The notes below the pieces were generated by a model, which saw nothing but the letters and a program-made list of their open reading frames with translations, was not told where the DNA came from and searched no databases. This document shows positions 13,142 through 25,759 of a stretch of 64,000 nucleotides of DNA, in pieces. Positions within the stretch are counted from its first letter, which is position 1. Every line of letters starts with the position of its first letter. The stretch is from Phoronis australis (Eukaryota > Animalia > Phoronida). Position numbers and translations under genes: made by a program. The stretch spans positions 451,382-515,381 of the forward strand of contig NMRA01000316.1 of assembly GCA_002633005.1 (NCBI GenBank), in the 5' to 3' direction.

Positions 13142-14439
13142 TAGGTTTTGGTTCTATTGTAGCCATTGGTGAATCAGGTTTTAGTATTTTTTGATAATTG
13201 ACCTGTAGGTCGTGATGCCAAGCAAAAGAACACAGAAACGTTTAATGTTCAATGCACAACTTGCAATAAGTGACACCTGGCCTAGCGTTGATTTAGACAC
13301 CGTGGCCATCTGGAGATAACCCAAATGGGAGGCAAGTAATGAACATGTTATATAACCAGAAGGTTATGGCAACATGGATAAGAAGATAAACTCAAAAGCA
13401 ACTGATGGTGTTCATGATAATCTAGTTCGACTGATCTGCAGTAGAAGAATGCAACTGTAAACAGCTGACATAATGCAGGCTTCTTGGCACATATTAGGAG
13501 CTGATCACACAACAGTTTCAGAATTTGATGATGACATTTATTGTAATCAGATTTTTTAATGACAATGATGATGTATGTACATGATGTGACCAACAGGTGG
13601 CATACAGACCAGACTTCAAAATGTTTGCGAACTAAAACGAGCGAAATCTATTACAGAGTACTTGAGTTACGGATAGTTGCATGTAGAGACAGGAATAATC
13701 GACCGGAATTTTTCAAGATTTCCAATACTAGTAGAGACGGGAATAATAGTATTGACCCAAAATCTTTGTATAGTCAGGCAGCTATTAATTGCATTCTGAC
13801 GAAAAATTTAACATTTGACTTGGACCACCACTATTAATTAATTGCTAAGGTGAGGAGTGATGTTTGGTTTAGTCAGAATCCGTTAGCAATCCTGTCAATA
13901 GCTGCATAGTCAGACTATGCTCGGAGTATAAAATGACACGCTGTGGCAAGTTAGTCCCTTCTAGTTGTACATGGCTTCAGTAAACTGTCAGTACATGAGG
14001 ACGAGAAATAATCAACATTCATGGGCGGCGCAGCACTTAGTAAGCGGCAGTTCGGGAAATTTCTGAGCTTCATCACTAGATTGACAATGCAACTTACGAC
14101 TTTTCGATGACACTAACCCAGACTTGAAGTTAATGGTGAAGTTTGGGTGAGATGTCATTTAGCTCATTCCAGTTTACGGGCATCTTTAGTCTACCTACTT
14201 AAGTAAGCAAGCACGGATGTGCCCTGGACCTGGTTGTTGATACTCGACGCTCATGAACGGCCACGTTCCTTCAGCCTCTTCAGTGCACTTTGAACCCAGG
14301 GTCAAAGTTTACAATAACGTTAAAGACCTTTTGAATTATGTAAAAGAAGACAATATAAACACATTTGTTGTCCCATAATAGGTCTTGTCACATTTATGTA
14401 CGTGATAATGATGAGTACACACCGAGAAGACACTAAAAC

Positions 14440-14610
14440 TGAAACTTTCAGTGAAAGTTGGTTTTCAAGAAGCGCTTCCGGAAGTTAGGACTGACTACAA
14501 CAAGGAACTCTTTTTAGAAGGAGGTTCACTTCCTTGGGGTTCCGGAAAGCGTGAATTTGTTTTGAACTTTACCGATTGTTTGCTGCTTAACCGTGCCATC
14601 ATGCAAGAGA
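14440..14610. promoter_or_regulatory. Putative bidirectional promoter between the P4H-like gene (-) and GTPBP10 (+)
   Basis: Head-to-head genes. Palindromic ETS double site CTTCCGGAAG (~14475), second TTCCGGAA (~14540) and GACTACAA (ZNF143/THAP11-like, ~14494), just upstream of the GTPBP10 ATG. Confidence 0.5.
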
Positions 14611-17600
14611 ATGGTGTTCTTTACTAAAGTCTTATTAAAGGCAAGCATTTTGGTGTATTTTTGGGCACTGGTTGGACATAATGGCCCTTTGTTTAGATTT
14701 AGAGAACCAGTTTCATCCACAGGCGTCCTCAGCTTCTGATCGCGTTCCCAATACAATGAATACGTCATAATAATAGTGTATGGCACTCGGGACTAGAAAT
14801 TCCACGGGTGCTTCGATTCCACCGTCCATATCAAATACATAACTCAATAAATTTACACAGAACAGGGGTTCAACAAACCATGAGAAATTGTTCTTTCTTA
14901 TGATACCATTCATGGTGTCCTGCTCCTGCGAGTTCGCAAGAAATTCGCTGTCAAAGCACAAAAATGTTCCCAAGAAGCCCATCATGTCTGGTTCATCTTA
15001 TTAGCATTCTGATTTGTATAGTGAACTGTCTTCAGTTGTTTTTAGTCAGCTGCCTATTCAGGACATAGCACTGATTCTCAGATAATTGCAGCTTTGGCAG
15101 TGTATTTACCATATCCAATCTGTTGACTGTTTGTATACATGTCATTATGTTATCTATAGATCAAATGTAAATTGACCGAGGTGAGGGGGATGGTGTACCT
15201 CAGAAATTGCATGGTTACTTGTGAGGTGGCAAAATTATATTTACCTGGAGGAGTGCGATAGTCCAAAAAATGTATCAACCAGAGGAGTGATAACACGAAA
15301 ACTTATTATTGAGATGGATGTGTGATGTTGAACGGTTTATGATAAAAACATACGCGTAGTTTTGGCTATTTTTACCTACTTATAGTGGTGTACCTAATGT
15401 GTAAATCGCTCTTCTAACAAAGTAACAGGGATTTGTTGTGGAGCTGTAGTTTACCCTGAGATATGTCTAACAGGGATTTGTTGTGGAGCTGTAGTTTACC
15501 CTGAGATAGGTCTAACAGGGATTTGTTGTGGAGAGCTGTAGTTTACCCTGAGATATGTCTAACAGGGATTTGTTGTGGAGCTGTAGTTTACCCTGAGATA
15601 TGTCTAACAGGGATTTGTTGTGGAGAGCTGTAGTTTACCCTGAGATAGGTCCGGTCAATTGTGTGCGTAATGTACCACGGTGTCATTCTGCAGGCTCCGA
15701 AAGGTAAATTCATCGATCGTGTGCGTGTGTTCGTGAAGGGTGGTGGAGGAGGACAGGGGTTACCAAAGTTTGGCGGAGTGGGAGGCAAAGGGGGGGATGT
15801 GTATGTGGTGGCGAACAAGAGCATACAGTCCTTGAAGCAGGTACTCGCTGAAAACCCTGGCAAAAGGTTCATAGCTGGAAATGGAGGAAACAGCAGGTGG
15901 GTTCTGTAGACGTAGGAATCTCGTTTGAAAACAAGATCACGCAAGGCCAATTAATTGCTAATTATAATCGAACGAATGCAAAGCAAAGTAAATGCAAAGC
16001 GGAATTCGGAAATTTGGCGAATTCTTCAAAACTTGTCATTTTTGAGAAAAACATTTCTTTCAGGAATGGCCATTCTTTATCAAAGGCCATGGTTTTTTTT
16101 TCAAACTTTTGATACTAAGTGCCGTGTCCGATATTTCAGGAACAAGATGAATGACAAAATCGCCCAATGTTCACACTCAAACAAATTCAAATTTTCCGTG
16201 ATTTCGCAATCTGTAGAGACTGTCCCAATTTGGAGAATGTAGTTATTTTTTAAATTAATTAAATATGTTGTGATTTTTCTTGAATCTTTTTGTATATTTC
16301 AGTAAGCGGAGCTTGCTTGGAAAATCTGGTAAAGATGTCGAGATAGCGGTGCCCCTCGGAATCTGTGTCAAGAATGACGTGGACAGAGAGCTGGGTAAGT
16401 ATTAGTAGCAGACATCTGTATGTCTCTTAGTAAGGGTTGACGCCTGAGTGACCCGGCCTTGCCCCCGTATTTACAAAATTAATCCAAGTCTAAAGTATAT
16501 GATAATTTTTGTTAAATGTAATTCACGAATTCATTGTGTTTTTAAGTTTTTGATATCAATTTTTGCATCTTGCGCTGCGTTCAGCTTTCCGTAGCCTTCG
16601 ATGCCTTGATTTTAGTGTGCAATATCAGGCAGAGGGGGTAATTTGCCCCTCAACCAAAAACTCTCCGTCTCTGATGACAGGCACATTTCCCTCAGGTGAG
16701 TGAGTGTCCTGGCATCTGATAGCAGTGTGTCATATTCAGTGTTCTTTGTGGACAAGAATCCAAACACAGATTAAGCGATAATTTGTCTGTTGTAGCCGTA
16801 GTGACACTTTCCACTTGTTTTTTACTTACTAGGCATTGTTGATTTGTTCACCAAGCTCTTGGTCTAAAACCATGTCAACAACCGGATATAGTGTGCCCAC
16901 ATTATGAGAACCAGTTTGATACCTGTTACTGAGTAGAGAAAACTGGTTCTCAAAATGTGGGCACATTATATCTGACACAAGCCATCATTGACTACACCAT
17001 GTAAGTTCCTGTACCAATAGGTGAAGTGAATGAGAATGGTGACAGGGTGCTCGTAGCCAGAGGTGGCCTTGGTGGTGACCCCACTAATGGCTTCTCCGGT
17101 GCTCAAGGTGAGAGACGCAGTGTCAAGTTGGACCTCCGACTTATCGCTGATGTAGGGCTTGTCGGTTTCCCAAATGCTGGAAAGTCGACCCTTCTGAAGG
17201 CTGTGTCGAGGGCGTCACCCAAGATTGCTGACTATCCCTGTAAGTTGTGTCATTTTGATCAGACTCTGGGATCATACAAAATTGTTCAGGTTTGGCCAAC
17301 TTTGGAACGTCATATCTCTGTAATGACTGATCGGATTTGATTGAAACTTCCAGGTACAATCATGCTTTTTGCACTGTTCTGTAAAAGGCTTTTAAAAGTA
17401 TCCCAGAATGCTCCAGTTTTGTAAGAAAGAGTATCAAAATAGGCTTAGTTTGTGATTTTCATAAAAAATGCAAGATATGCTTAAAGCGAAAACGAAGTTA
17501 TTGAGAAAACTACAACAATGTAATTCAATGTTAAACTCGCACATGAGAGACACCTGGCTTCAAATCCTGGCTTCACTGGCGGACATTAATTGAGCATTGC

Positions 17601-20600
17601 ACAAAGATGTCTCCGATTCCTCTGAGCTCGGTCTTGTGAATGTGTGCAAGGGAGTGAATGAGAACCTGTTGAGGACCATGCTGTATATAAGCCCTCGGCT
17701 AATTCCTTTTTATGAAAAATAAAAAAAAAAAACAAATGAAGTTTGGTCAATATTAAGACCATTCGTTTTTCTGTGATTAAATTTTGCCTAAAAGACGGTT
17801 CCGTGACCCAATTCATAGCAGATTAGTAAAAAATCAAAAATCACAATAATTCCACTGTAACAGTTCTATTAATCAAATGCTACCATTCAAACTATTGAAG
17901 CAGAACCCATGTTTGAAACTGTAGGTTAACCATTTTGTAGTTGTTTTATCTGTTTTGTAGTTACCACCATACGACCCAACGTAGCTGTAATGGAGTACAC
18001 AGATTTTCGCCAGGTTAGGGTTTGTTTTTACCTGTCAGAGTGTTCCCGTCGTAAACCCAATCCCATTTTTTGTGTCAGTTTCTTAGTTGTCTGGGCAGGT
18101 GGCTTTTACATTGTCGGTGATTTTGCAGTCGTAATGCTGATTTACAGGCGCGAAGAATGCGCATCAGGGTTTGTTTCAACATCGGAAGAACTTGGGCTGC
18201 AACATATGAGCACCTTCTGCAAGCCTTTGTCATGCCATGTTCCAAACCACAGCATTTCAAAGATGATTAAATATCCGTTTACGGTGATGAGAGCACTGGG
18301 AGATTGTTGGCAAGCAAAACACCTCAGAATGTTGAAAAGTGCACGCAGCTATCCCATGAAACTGATGAACTGAATAGGAGGCACATGCAGATTTCTGCCT
18401 AGGTAATTCGTGTTCAGCAACCAACATTGATTTGCCAAGATCTCAAAAAATGATTCGAAGCTCATGCGCACTTTAATTTAAAGATTATTTACTGGTGTCG
18501 AATCGTAGATATACATGTGTTACCCTGACACTAAGCAACAATGAGTCCAAATGGAAGTGACCTGGTTCACAGAGGCTGAAGAGAGCACGCCAAGTTGGAA
18601 GCATCATGAAGTCCATGTTGCTTCATTTTTAGACCCGCAGGGCACTGTTCTCAAGGATTTTGTTCCTCAGGGACTTTACAGCAAAGATTTTAAATGACTA
18701 AGGGAGAGTGTTTGCCACCAACAAGTAGAACAACAGGAAACTAATGACTGGGCCTTTCGTCAGGACAATGTGCCTGCTTTCACACCAGGCATTGTCCTTG
18801 ATGCTCTTGAATCCTAGGACCACTGTGGTTATTCTATACTCCGTTTATTCGCCAGACCTGCCCCTCTGACTGCCTTATATTCCTCAAACAAATTCAGATT
18901 CCGTTGCAAGTTGATACAGGAGATTCATTGACCGTTGCTGAAATTACTAACCGAGGTCACATGTAATATGTATCAAAACTGCACTGTCTTTTTTTTTCTG
19001 AACTTACAGTACTTGATTTATTTATTATTACTGGTAAATGCAAAACAGGAACGTAAACATGATTCTCCACTCTTATGGGTAGTATGTGCATGGGCGCAGC
19101 AGCACTGTGGTGCGCCGCCCATGATGTGTCCTAATGAATAGTTACTTAGTTTTGAGTCTCAGATGTGTATGAGTAGTCCCTCTTGAATCTTGTGTAAACT
19201 TGCATCTCCACCCAAGCCGCAGCTAAAACAGTCATAGTTCAAGATAACCAACTGAGTACTTGAATCTCATGTAAACTTGCATCTCCATCCGAGCCGCAAC
19301 TAAAACAGTCATAGTTAAAGATAACTAACTGGGTACTTGAATCTCGTGTAAACTTGCATCTCCATCCAAGCCGCAACTAAAACAGTCATAGTTGAAGATA
19401 ACCAACTGGGTACTTGAATCTCGTGTAAACTTGCATCTCCATCCGAGCCGCAAGTAAAACAGTCATAGTTCAAGATAACCAACTGGGTACTTGAATCTCG
19501 TGTAAACTTGCATCTCCATCCAGGCCGCAACTAAAACAGTCACAGTTCACGATAACCAACTGGTTACTTGTACTTGACGTAGTCTATGATTCTGGGCAAC
19601 TATTTGGATTTTGTGATTAACTGAGAGTACATGTGTGTTTCCTGTTTCCAGATCTCAATGGCTGACCTACCAGGTCTTATAGAGGGAGCTCACATCAACG
19701 TTGGCATGGGACATAACTTTCTGAAGCATGTCGAGAGAACGAAAATGCTGCTCTTTGTCGTTGACGTCAACGGGTTTAGACTTGGTGCTCAGTACTCCCA
19801 CAGAACAGCATTTGAGACTGTCATGTTGCTAAATAAGGTCAGTAGTTGAGCTGACCTAGGCCATAGTTTTCATGTAATGGAAATAGTCTGTCGTGTTGCT
19901 ACACAAGGTCATTAGTTAAGCTCATCTAGGTGTAGTTTCCATGAAATGAAGGTAGTGTGTTGTGTAGTGGGAATCATTCCAAGTGGTCAACAAGAGGTGC
20001 AAATATTTGGAATTGTTGTGGTGAAACAAGTGCAATATTTTACCATGAAATTAATTTTCCATTTTAAACGAAAACTACTGCCAAAATTTCATTTTTATGG
20101 CTTTTAACATTGTTACACCTAAATTTTTTAAATTTATTTAATCTAATTTGATACCCATGCTATGAAACAGTTACCCTTGCCGGCCTTTCTAGTCCTGGTG
20201 AACTCAGTCCAACTCCACCTGGGAACAGTTATCAAACGAAACAGGCAGTTTATCAGAGAAAACTACATTAATTAATTTTATCTGTAAAGGTAAGATACAA
20301 ACTTTCAACTTTACAGCTAATGCTGTGCTTCTTATGACTTAATCGTGGTGTTTGCTCCTGGCTCACGGGAAGCTCATTTGAAATTGCATACCCACAGTGA
20401 GTCGTTTGAAATCGCGCTATTTGCCCAAGTCTGCCGAATGACATACTTTGTACACGCTGTTTGATTTTCAACATTTCACCAGTTGGAGCTGTCAAATACA
20501 GCTAAAACACACACGTTGATACTCTGCCCAGTATTTTCTAAGACTGTGGGTGGCTGGAGTCACCGTTTCACCTGCTCACACGCACATGCAAACATGCACA

Positions 20601-23600
20601 CTGTATTGCACAGAGAGCGGGAAGAAACAGCATATGTTTGTAGATCCAATGTAAATCCAAGTTGCTACTATACATCTGAGGCCACGTGGGTTTTTCAGTG
20701 AATTACCTTGTCACTGTCAAATGAGTACATCTACGACACGACGTCTGGATAGAAAATATGAGAAACTTGGTTCATTATTTTTTAATGTTTGGTTATATTG
20801 TGTATTCGGCAATCACATCTTTATTAGGTTTTAGGAATAAATATTTATTGAACCCTGCAATTCATTGCAATAAGCACACTTGTGGGGGGAGACTGTCGCA
20901 GTCCGTGCATAGTTTCTGAAAATAAGGTTCTTGGCACAATAGGAAAATGAGAGAATGCTTCTGAAGAGCAGTGAAATAACTAGTGCCTTATTGTCTGTGG
21001 TAACTAATTTCAATTTGGAATGCAATAAAGGAGACTGCTGGCAATTCAGCTATATTAAAATTAGGAGGCTCCATCTTCAGTCCCAAAATGCCATTTAAAA
21101 TAGTTAGGCCAGCTGTTTTAAAAAGGGGCATTATTGTTTTTGAAGCTGAAAACCGCAATTTTGGTATTGTTGAATTGGGTAGACTTTTTGATACAATGAA
21201 ATTCGTTGTTTTTGAGATTTTATCGCAAATTGCTAATTCTTGTTGTCTGTCAGACATTCACCTCAGAAAATGATTTTTTGTGTCGAAAATGTCCAATTTC
21301 CTGTGGCACATGGCTGACAGCCAATTGATTTTAGAAGTGGAAATTGTGTATTACAGTGTACCTTAGTGTTTTCTGAACTATTGTTATGTTTGTCTTCAGG
21401 AGGTAGAGTTGTACAAACCAGATCTTTTGTCCAAGCCTGCTTTGCTTGCCTTGAACAAAATAGACACAGATGAGGCCGGTGGGAAGGCTCAGGAAGTGAT
21501 ACACCAGCTTAGCAGTGTTAAAGGTGAGCCCGGTGTCCCTCAAAGCAAGCTTTTTCTTTTGGACATAATGTTTAGGTACTTCACCACTGTTCACTCGGTA
21601 CATGTAGGTTTTGTGCCACTGAATGAACGGGTGAAAGGGTTTTTGTCACGGTTCGCCATTGATAGATATGCCATTTCATGGTTCTGGCTGATGCATGCTA
21701 AAAAGCCTTAGGGGAAAATCATGTTTGCGTTAAGCTCAGAATTATATAAAAAAGTCCATTTCGTGTTTACACCGTGTCTAAAAATTCTGTTTCGTGGTTC
21801 AAAAAAGTTGATTCACTTATAGAATTTCATTTAGCACATGAATAATGAAGAAAATCAAATCTGAAACTAAATAAGGTGATCCAGATCCTCCCAAGGATAC
21901 TATTGTTTCACGAAATGTAGAATATATATAGGTAGAATGGATCAACTGAAATTTTCAGATGTAATAACGTCCTTTGTCAACAGAAACAGAAATAAAGTAA
22001 AATCAAACACTATATGATCATTTATTTCTGTTTCTGTTGACAAAGGACATTATTACATCTGAAAATTTCAGTCGATCCATTCTTGTTGTTTTATTTACCT
22101 ATTTATATGCTACATTTAGCACATGACATAAAATTCTTCTTCAAGGATTTGGGGGGAAGAATAGTAACTTTCATTTTGACCCAATTTCAGAATCTGGGGA
22201 GCACAAAGAACCAAGTTGACTGTCACGAAACAAAATTCCTTTCTTCGTCGAACATTTTTGCCTGTAAAATTTGAAGGTCACATCTCTTAACATTGGTAAT
22301 TTGGCTGCACAATAGAATTTAGAAAATCACTGTGAAATCCTGCTGCCTTAAATCTGTAGTAAAATAACTGGTGAACTGTAGGTGGCGCTGAACCTTGTCC
22401 ACCATACATTATACTTTACCACCGTCTTCTAGCAATACATCTCATTTCATTAGTATGTCACTGATTTAACAAAAATGGATGTTGTGCTCATTAAAAGATA
22501 GCGTGCACTGCAATTTTGAGTCACTCATTTTGTTATGCACCCGCATTACAATCATCTCTATCTGGGTGTCCGGGATGCACTACTTTATCTCAAAACCCCA
22601 TGGTGCATCTTTATGAAAGTTGACAGCTGTGTTCCTTTGAAGCTAGCAGTAGATGGTGATGGCTTTTGGGGGATCTGACCACCACTGTGGTCCTCTGTGG
22701 CAGTTTAGCTCTGTATTTTCGGAGTTCCTTCATAGAGGTGTTTATCAAACTTTAATTGGTGGGTGGGTTTTTCGTAAGGAGATGATCAGATGCTTTCCAT
22801 GCTCGGACAGATTTGATGTATTTCGGTCCACGTAGTTACCAGTTTGAATTTACAAATTTTTGGCATCCGCCTCTGTACATCTACCAAACCTCCAATTGTC
22901 AGATGTGTTCCTGATGGAGATGACAATGTGTTATGATGCATTTCAGACCGTTGCGAATACAGCTGTGCCCCCTAACGGCAGTTATAATTTTTGTCTGCCT
23001 CTATCTTTGGGGTTCATGGATTGATTTTTGTGAACTTTGACATCTACATGACGTACAGTAGGTTTTGCTACAGTAACGCATCTCCACTTTTGGAGGGATT
23101 CAAAATATTTGCTCTGCACAGTATCCATTTTTATTTGAGGATCATTATGTAACTTAGCTGTTGTGTTACTGATGAGAAGACCATGGCTAATAAGTGTTGC
23201 GTTCCCTAGCGTTGATTTTGTATTTTTTCGTGACCATGGCTGTAAATCCTGTTTTCTTTGTAGGCATTTTTCTGTAATGTGACAATGGCAACTCTCAATA
23301 TATTGTATGTTTCATACTACTGCTGGCAATTTTAGTTTTTCCATTTGCCTCAGTCTGTATCTTTAGAGTTCCCACATTTTTATGAAATCAAGCAACTAAT
23401 ATTTGAGAGATGATGACGTCGTTACAAGTTTGGATGATTAGTCATATTTTTCGAAATTCGGTTTTCATGATACCAAAAACACCCCTAACAGTTCACCATT
23501 TGGAGTGCAGTTGTGGGGGCATTTCAACGCTCGGCATTGCGCTTGTTGAATGGGTTTGACGTATGCTATGCCACTGAATGGCTAATTCTATGATACTGAA

Positions 23601-23969
23601 TTAATAGATACACCTAAACTCACGCCATCTGCGGTGCTGCCATGTGGCTTTGCTTTTTGTCTTGTTTTACTTTTGCATTACCATTCATACAAAGTTTATG
23701 TTAGCGTTGCTTATTGGTCATTACTCAGTATTAATTTTTTTTTCTTTCAAGAAAACTTGGCATCTCTAGATCCAGTATTACGGCCTGATCGCCTGGTCTC
23801 CTTTGAGGACATTGTTACTATATCAGCTAAAGAAAAGACAAACACTCAACATCTTCAGAACAGGATTCGCAAGATACTAGACTATTACGCTGAACTCGAG
23901 TTTGAGAAGGCATCTAACCCAGACAGTACTGTTGTGGCAGCTGAAGCCCACACACATCTACTTACCTGA
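14611..23969 (+). CDS. GTPBP10: GTP-binding protein 10 (Obg family GTPase), 8 coding exons
   Basis: Exons 14611-14640 ([12 protein letters not shown] donor, less certain), 15694-15896, 16303-16394, 17021-17239, 17961-18013, 19652-19837, 21400-21523 and 23752-23969 join in frame. Obg Gly-rich motif [25 protein letters not shown]1 GFPNAGKS, G2 YPFTT, G3 DLPG, G4 NKID, G5 ISA. AATAAA at ~24010. Confidence 0.93.
15423..15651. repeat. Minisatellite, 5 x 45-47 bp
   Basis: Unit taacagggatttgttgtgga(ga)gctgtagtttaccctgagata(t/g)gtc at 15423, 15468, 15513, 15560 and 15605. Confidence 0.95.
16882..16976 (+). repeat. ~100-bp palindromic element, copy 2 (GTPBP10 intron 3)
   Basis: cggatatagtgtgcccacattatgagaaccagttt-loop-aaactggttctcaaaatgtgggcacattatatctg. 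Confidence 0.8.
17535..17731 (+). mobile_element. Possible tRNA-derived SINE remnant
   Basis: B-box-like ggcttcaaatcc at ~17556 and A-rich tail at 17715-17735. Confidence 0.35.
18030..19083 (+). mobile_element. Decayed mariner transposon in GTPBP10 intron 5
   Basis: Frameshifted mariner motifs: [17 protein letters not shown] (cf. TGDESWIY.YDPE.KQQS.QW), [26 protein letters not shown] (cf. HDNAPA), YSPDL.PSD..IF (cf. YSPDLAPSDFFLF). Confidence 0.8.
19089..19123. mobile_element. 35-bp micro-MITE with perfect 5-bp TSD
   Basis: atgtg-CATGGGCGCAGCAGCACTGTGGTGCGCCGCCCATG-atgtg; same TIR family as 13010-13141. Confidence 0.7.
19182..19570. repeat. Minisatellite, 5 x 77 bp
   Basis: Unit cttgaatctcgtgtaaacttgcatctccatcc..gccgcaactaaaacagtcatagttcaagataaccaactgggta at 19182, 19259, 19336, 19413 and 19490. 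Confidence 0.95.
21934..22083. repeat. Long inverted repeat (~63-bp arms, 24-nt spacer)
   Basis: agaatggatcaactgaaattttcagatgtaataacgtcctttgtcaacagaaacagaaataaa and its near-exact reverse complement at 22021-22083. Confidence 0.9.
22527..23548 (-). mobile_element. Diverged Helentron/HINE-like element
   Basis: T-run plus tatgcaccc end, internal atgaaa(g/t)ttg repeats with CTCF-like motifs, and terminal gcgcttgtt; the same architecture as 5042-6350 in reverse orientation. Confidence 0.45.
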
Positions 23970-24145
23970 TCTGAAGAGTGAAGAATGTGTTTTGATGCTG
24001 GCGTGATCTAATAAAAACCTATTTTCTCTGACAATCTAAGGCGATTAAAAAATGTTGTCCAACCCTAAACCAGTTTGTCTGTCAAATTGACACCATGCAT
24101 GGCTTGTCTGTGGTGCACTTCAGTGATTCCAGGATGGAACTGGAT

Positions 24146-25732
24146 TACCGTGCTCGCCCTAATAATCGCCCAGGGCATTTACAAAAAAACATTTCAGGTA
24201 GGGGGCGCTTATTAAGGACTAAAGCAGTTGAAACCTGGTCTCCAAAACGGTAAAATCTTAAGCTAGGATGCATCAAATTTACGCTCTGTGACGTATCGGT
24301 AACTTGTGACAGACTTTCTACAAAATTGTAGTGTATTGCTATCAAACTTCGTTGTTAAATTACCATCATTTTTCCGAAAATTGTGCTGAAATCCCAAGGC
24401 GAAAACTCACCGACTGATGCGTCGCTGTCTCGAGATCTTGGATAGGGCAACTTGAATTCCTGAATAAAAATACAGTTTCTACTCAACAAGTTTTCCAGAT
24501 ATCGTCCCTAAGATTTTTTAAGTGCCTGTGGAGTGGGGACTAACTGCATATAAGCAGTGCTGTAGTGGGGCATAGGCGCAGATAGGCGCAGCCACCACAT
24601 TTTGGTATTTGAACGTAGCACCTATGCACCGCAAGTTACGTTCAGTGCTCAAGGTGAAACAGTGGGCTTTGGGCGCCTACTTACCTCTAATTTTACCATT
24701 AAAGCACTACATATAAGTCCAAACCTGCGCGAGATCTTTCCCCGCAACACGAGAAAATTTCTGAACGAACACAGATATTGTTGTCGCGTGGCCTTTGTTT
24801 TGACGTTAATGTGTGTCCTGTGTGTGTGAGTGAGCGAGGGCGAGCGTATCATCAGAGATCATTTGCAAGAGTATAGGCAATGTAACGATCTAGGTGTGCA
24901 TTGTAACTAAAAAAATAACAGAAGCAGTAAACCAGAACGTGTTTTAATCAGCACTTGTTGACTAATCTCATCTGCGAAAAACATCCGAGTCGCCGCAGGG
25001 GTGACAGAGTGCGAGACAGACTAACAATTATTTTCCGGGAGATTCAAGGGGTGTAGGGTTCGGACGTGCTGACAATCAGTGGGTTATTGTGACTTTAAAA
25101 ACACCAGTTATGATTAATTAAATAATTCCTTATGAAAATAACGCAAACGTTTTTTCGGTGTTAGAACTTTTTGGCCAATTAGTGCCAATATTTATTTCTT
25201 GCCGATGCTATGCTACCCGCGTCATGACTTGATAGTTCCCTGTGACTAATGTCTTCGATGACAGGTATGTAGCGCGCCCTTGTGCTTTTAACTTTGGTCA
25301 AGTTTTTATTCAGTTAGACTTCGATTAGCGGTTTTCTCGTGTAACCAAGTAATCTGGATTCCTGTTGAGAGATTTTAAAGATACAAATTATGCAATCCCT
25401 TTACAAGTACGCAGCCAGACAATAATGGACACGTTGCTCGCAAGACAGCAACGTTCTTTTTGCCGGAAGCACGGTGGAAATTTGAAGTGTTGTCAGGGCT
25501 ACATACGGACGAGGCGAGGCTCGAGGTCTACAAATTCCGCGCACAATGTTTTTTCAGGACTGTCGAATCTTATTGTTAAATTGAAGACGTTACTATAGAA
25601 TTTTAGACCTGCATGTAAGGCATTTTTCGCATGTACACCGTTCATGGGGTGGGCGTTTATTTTAGCGAAGTCTGAAAACGCGTGGGTACGTGTTTATAGG
25701 GGCATAGGCGCTTATTATAGGGCGAATACGGG
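24146..25732. mobile_element. Non-autonomous DNA transposon with CCGT..TCGCCCT TIRs (second copy ~27012-28246)
   Basis: Left end taccgtgctcgccctaataatcgcc; right end ggcgcttattatagggcgaatacgg. No coding capacity. Confidence 0.65.
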
Positions 25733-25759
25733 CATACCCGGCTGATGCAAGACTGACTC

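Noticed and set aside
15190-15225. Alternative GTPBP10 first exon ([12 protein letters not shown]|gtggca)
   Set aside because: Weak donor and far from the promoter-like motifs; 14611-14640 fits better, though this option is not excluded.
15423-15651. CRISPR-like appearance of regular repeats (also 19182-19570)
   Set aside because: Units abut head-to-tail with no unique spacers, there are no cas genes, and the context is a eukaryotic intron.
16672-16717. C/D box snoRNA candidate (tgatga...ctga)
   Set aside because: Only ~46 nt, imperfect C box and no convincing terminal stem.
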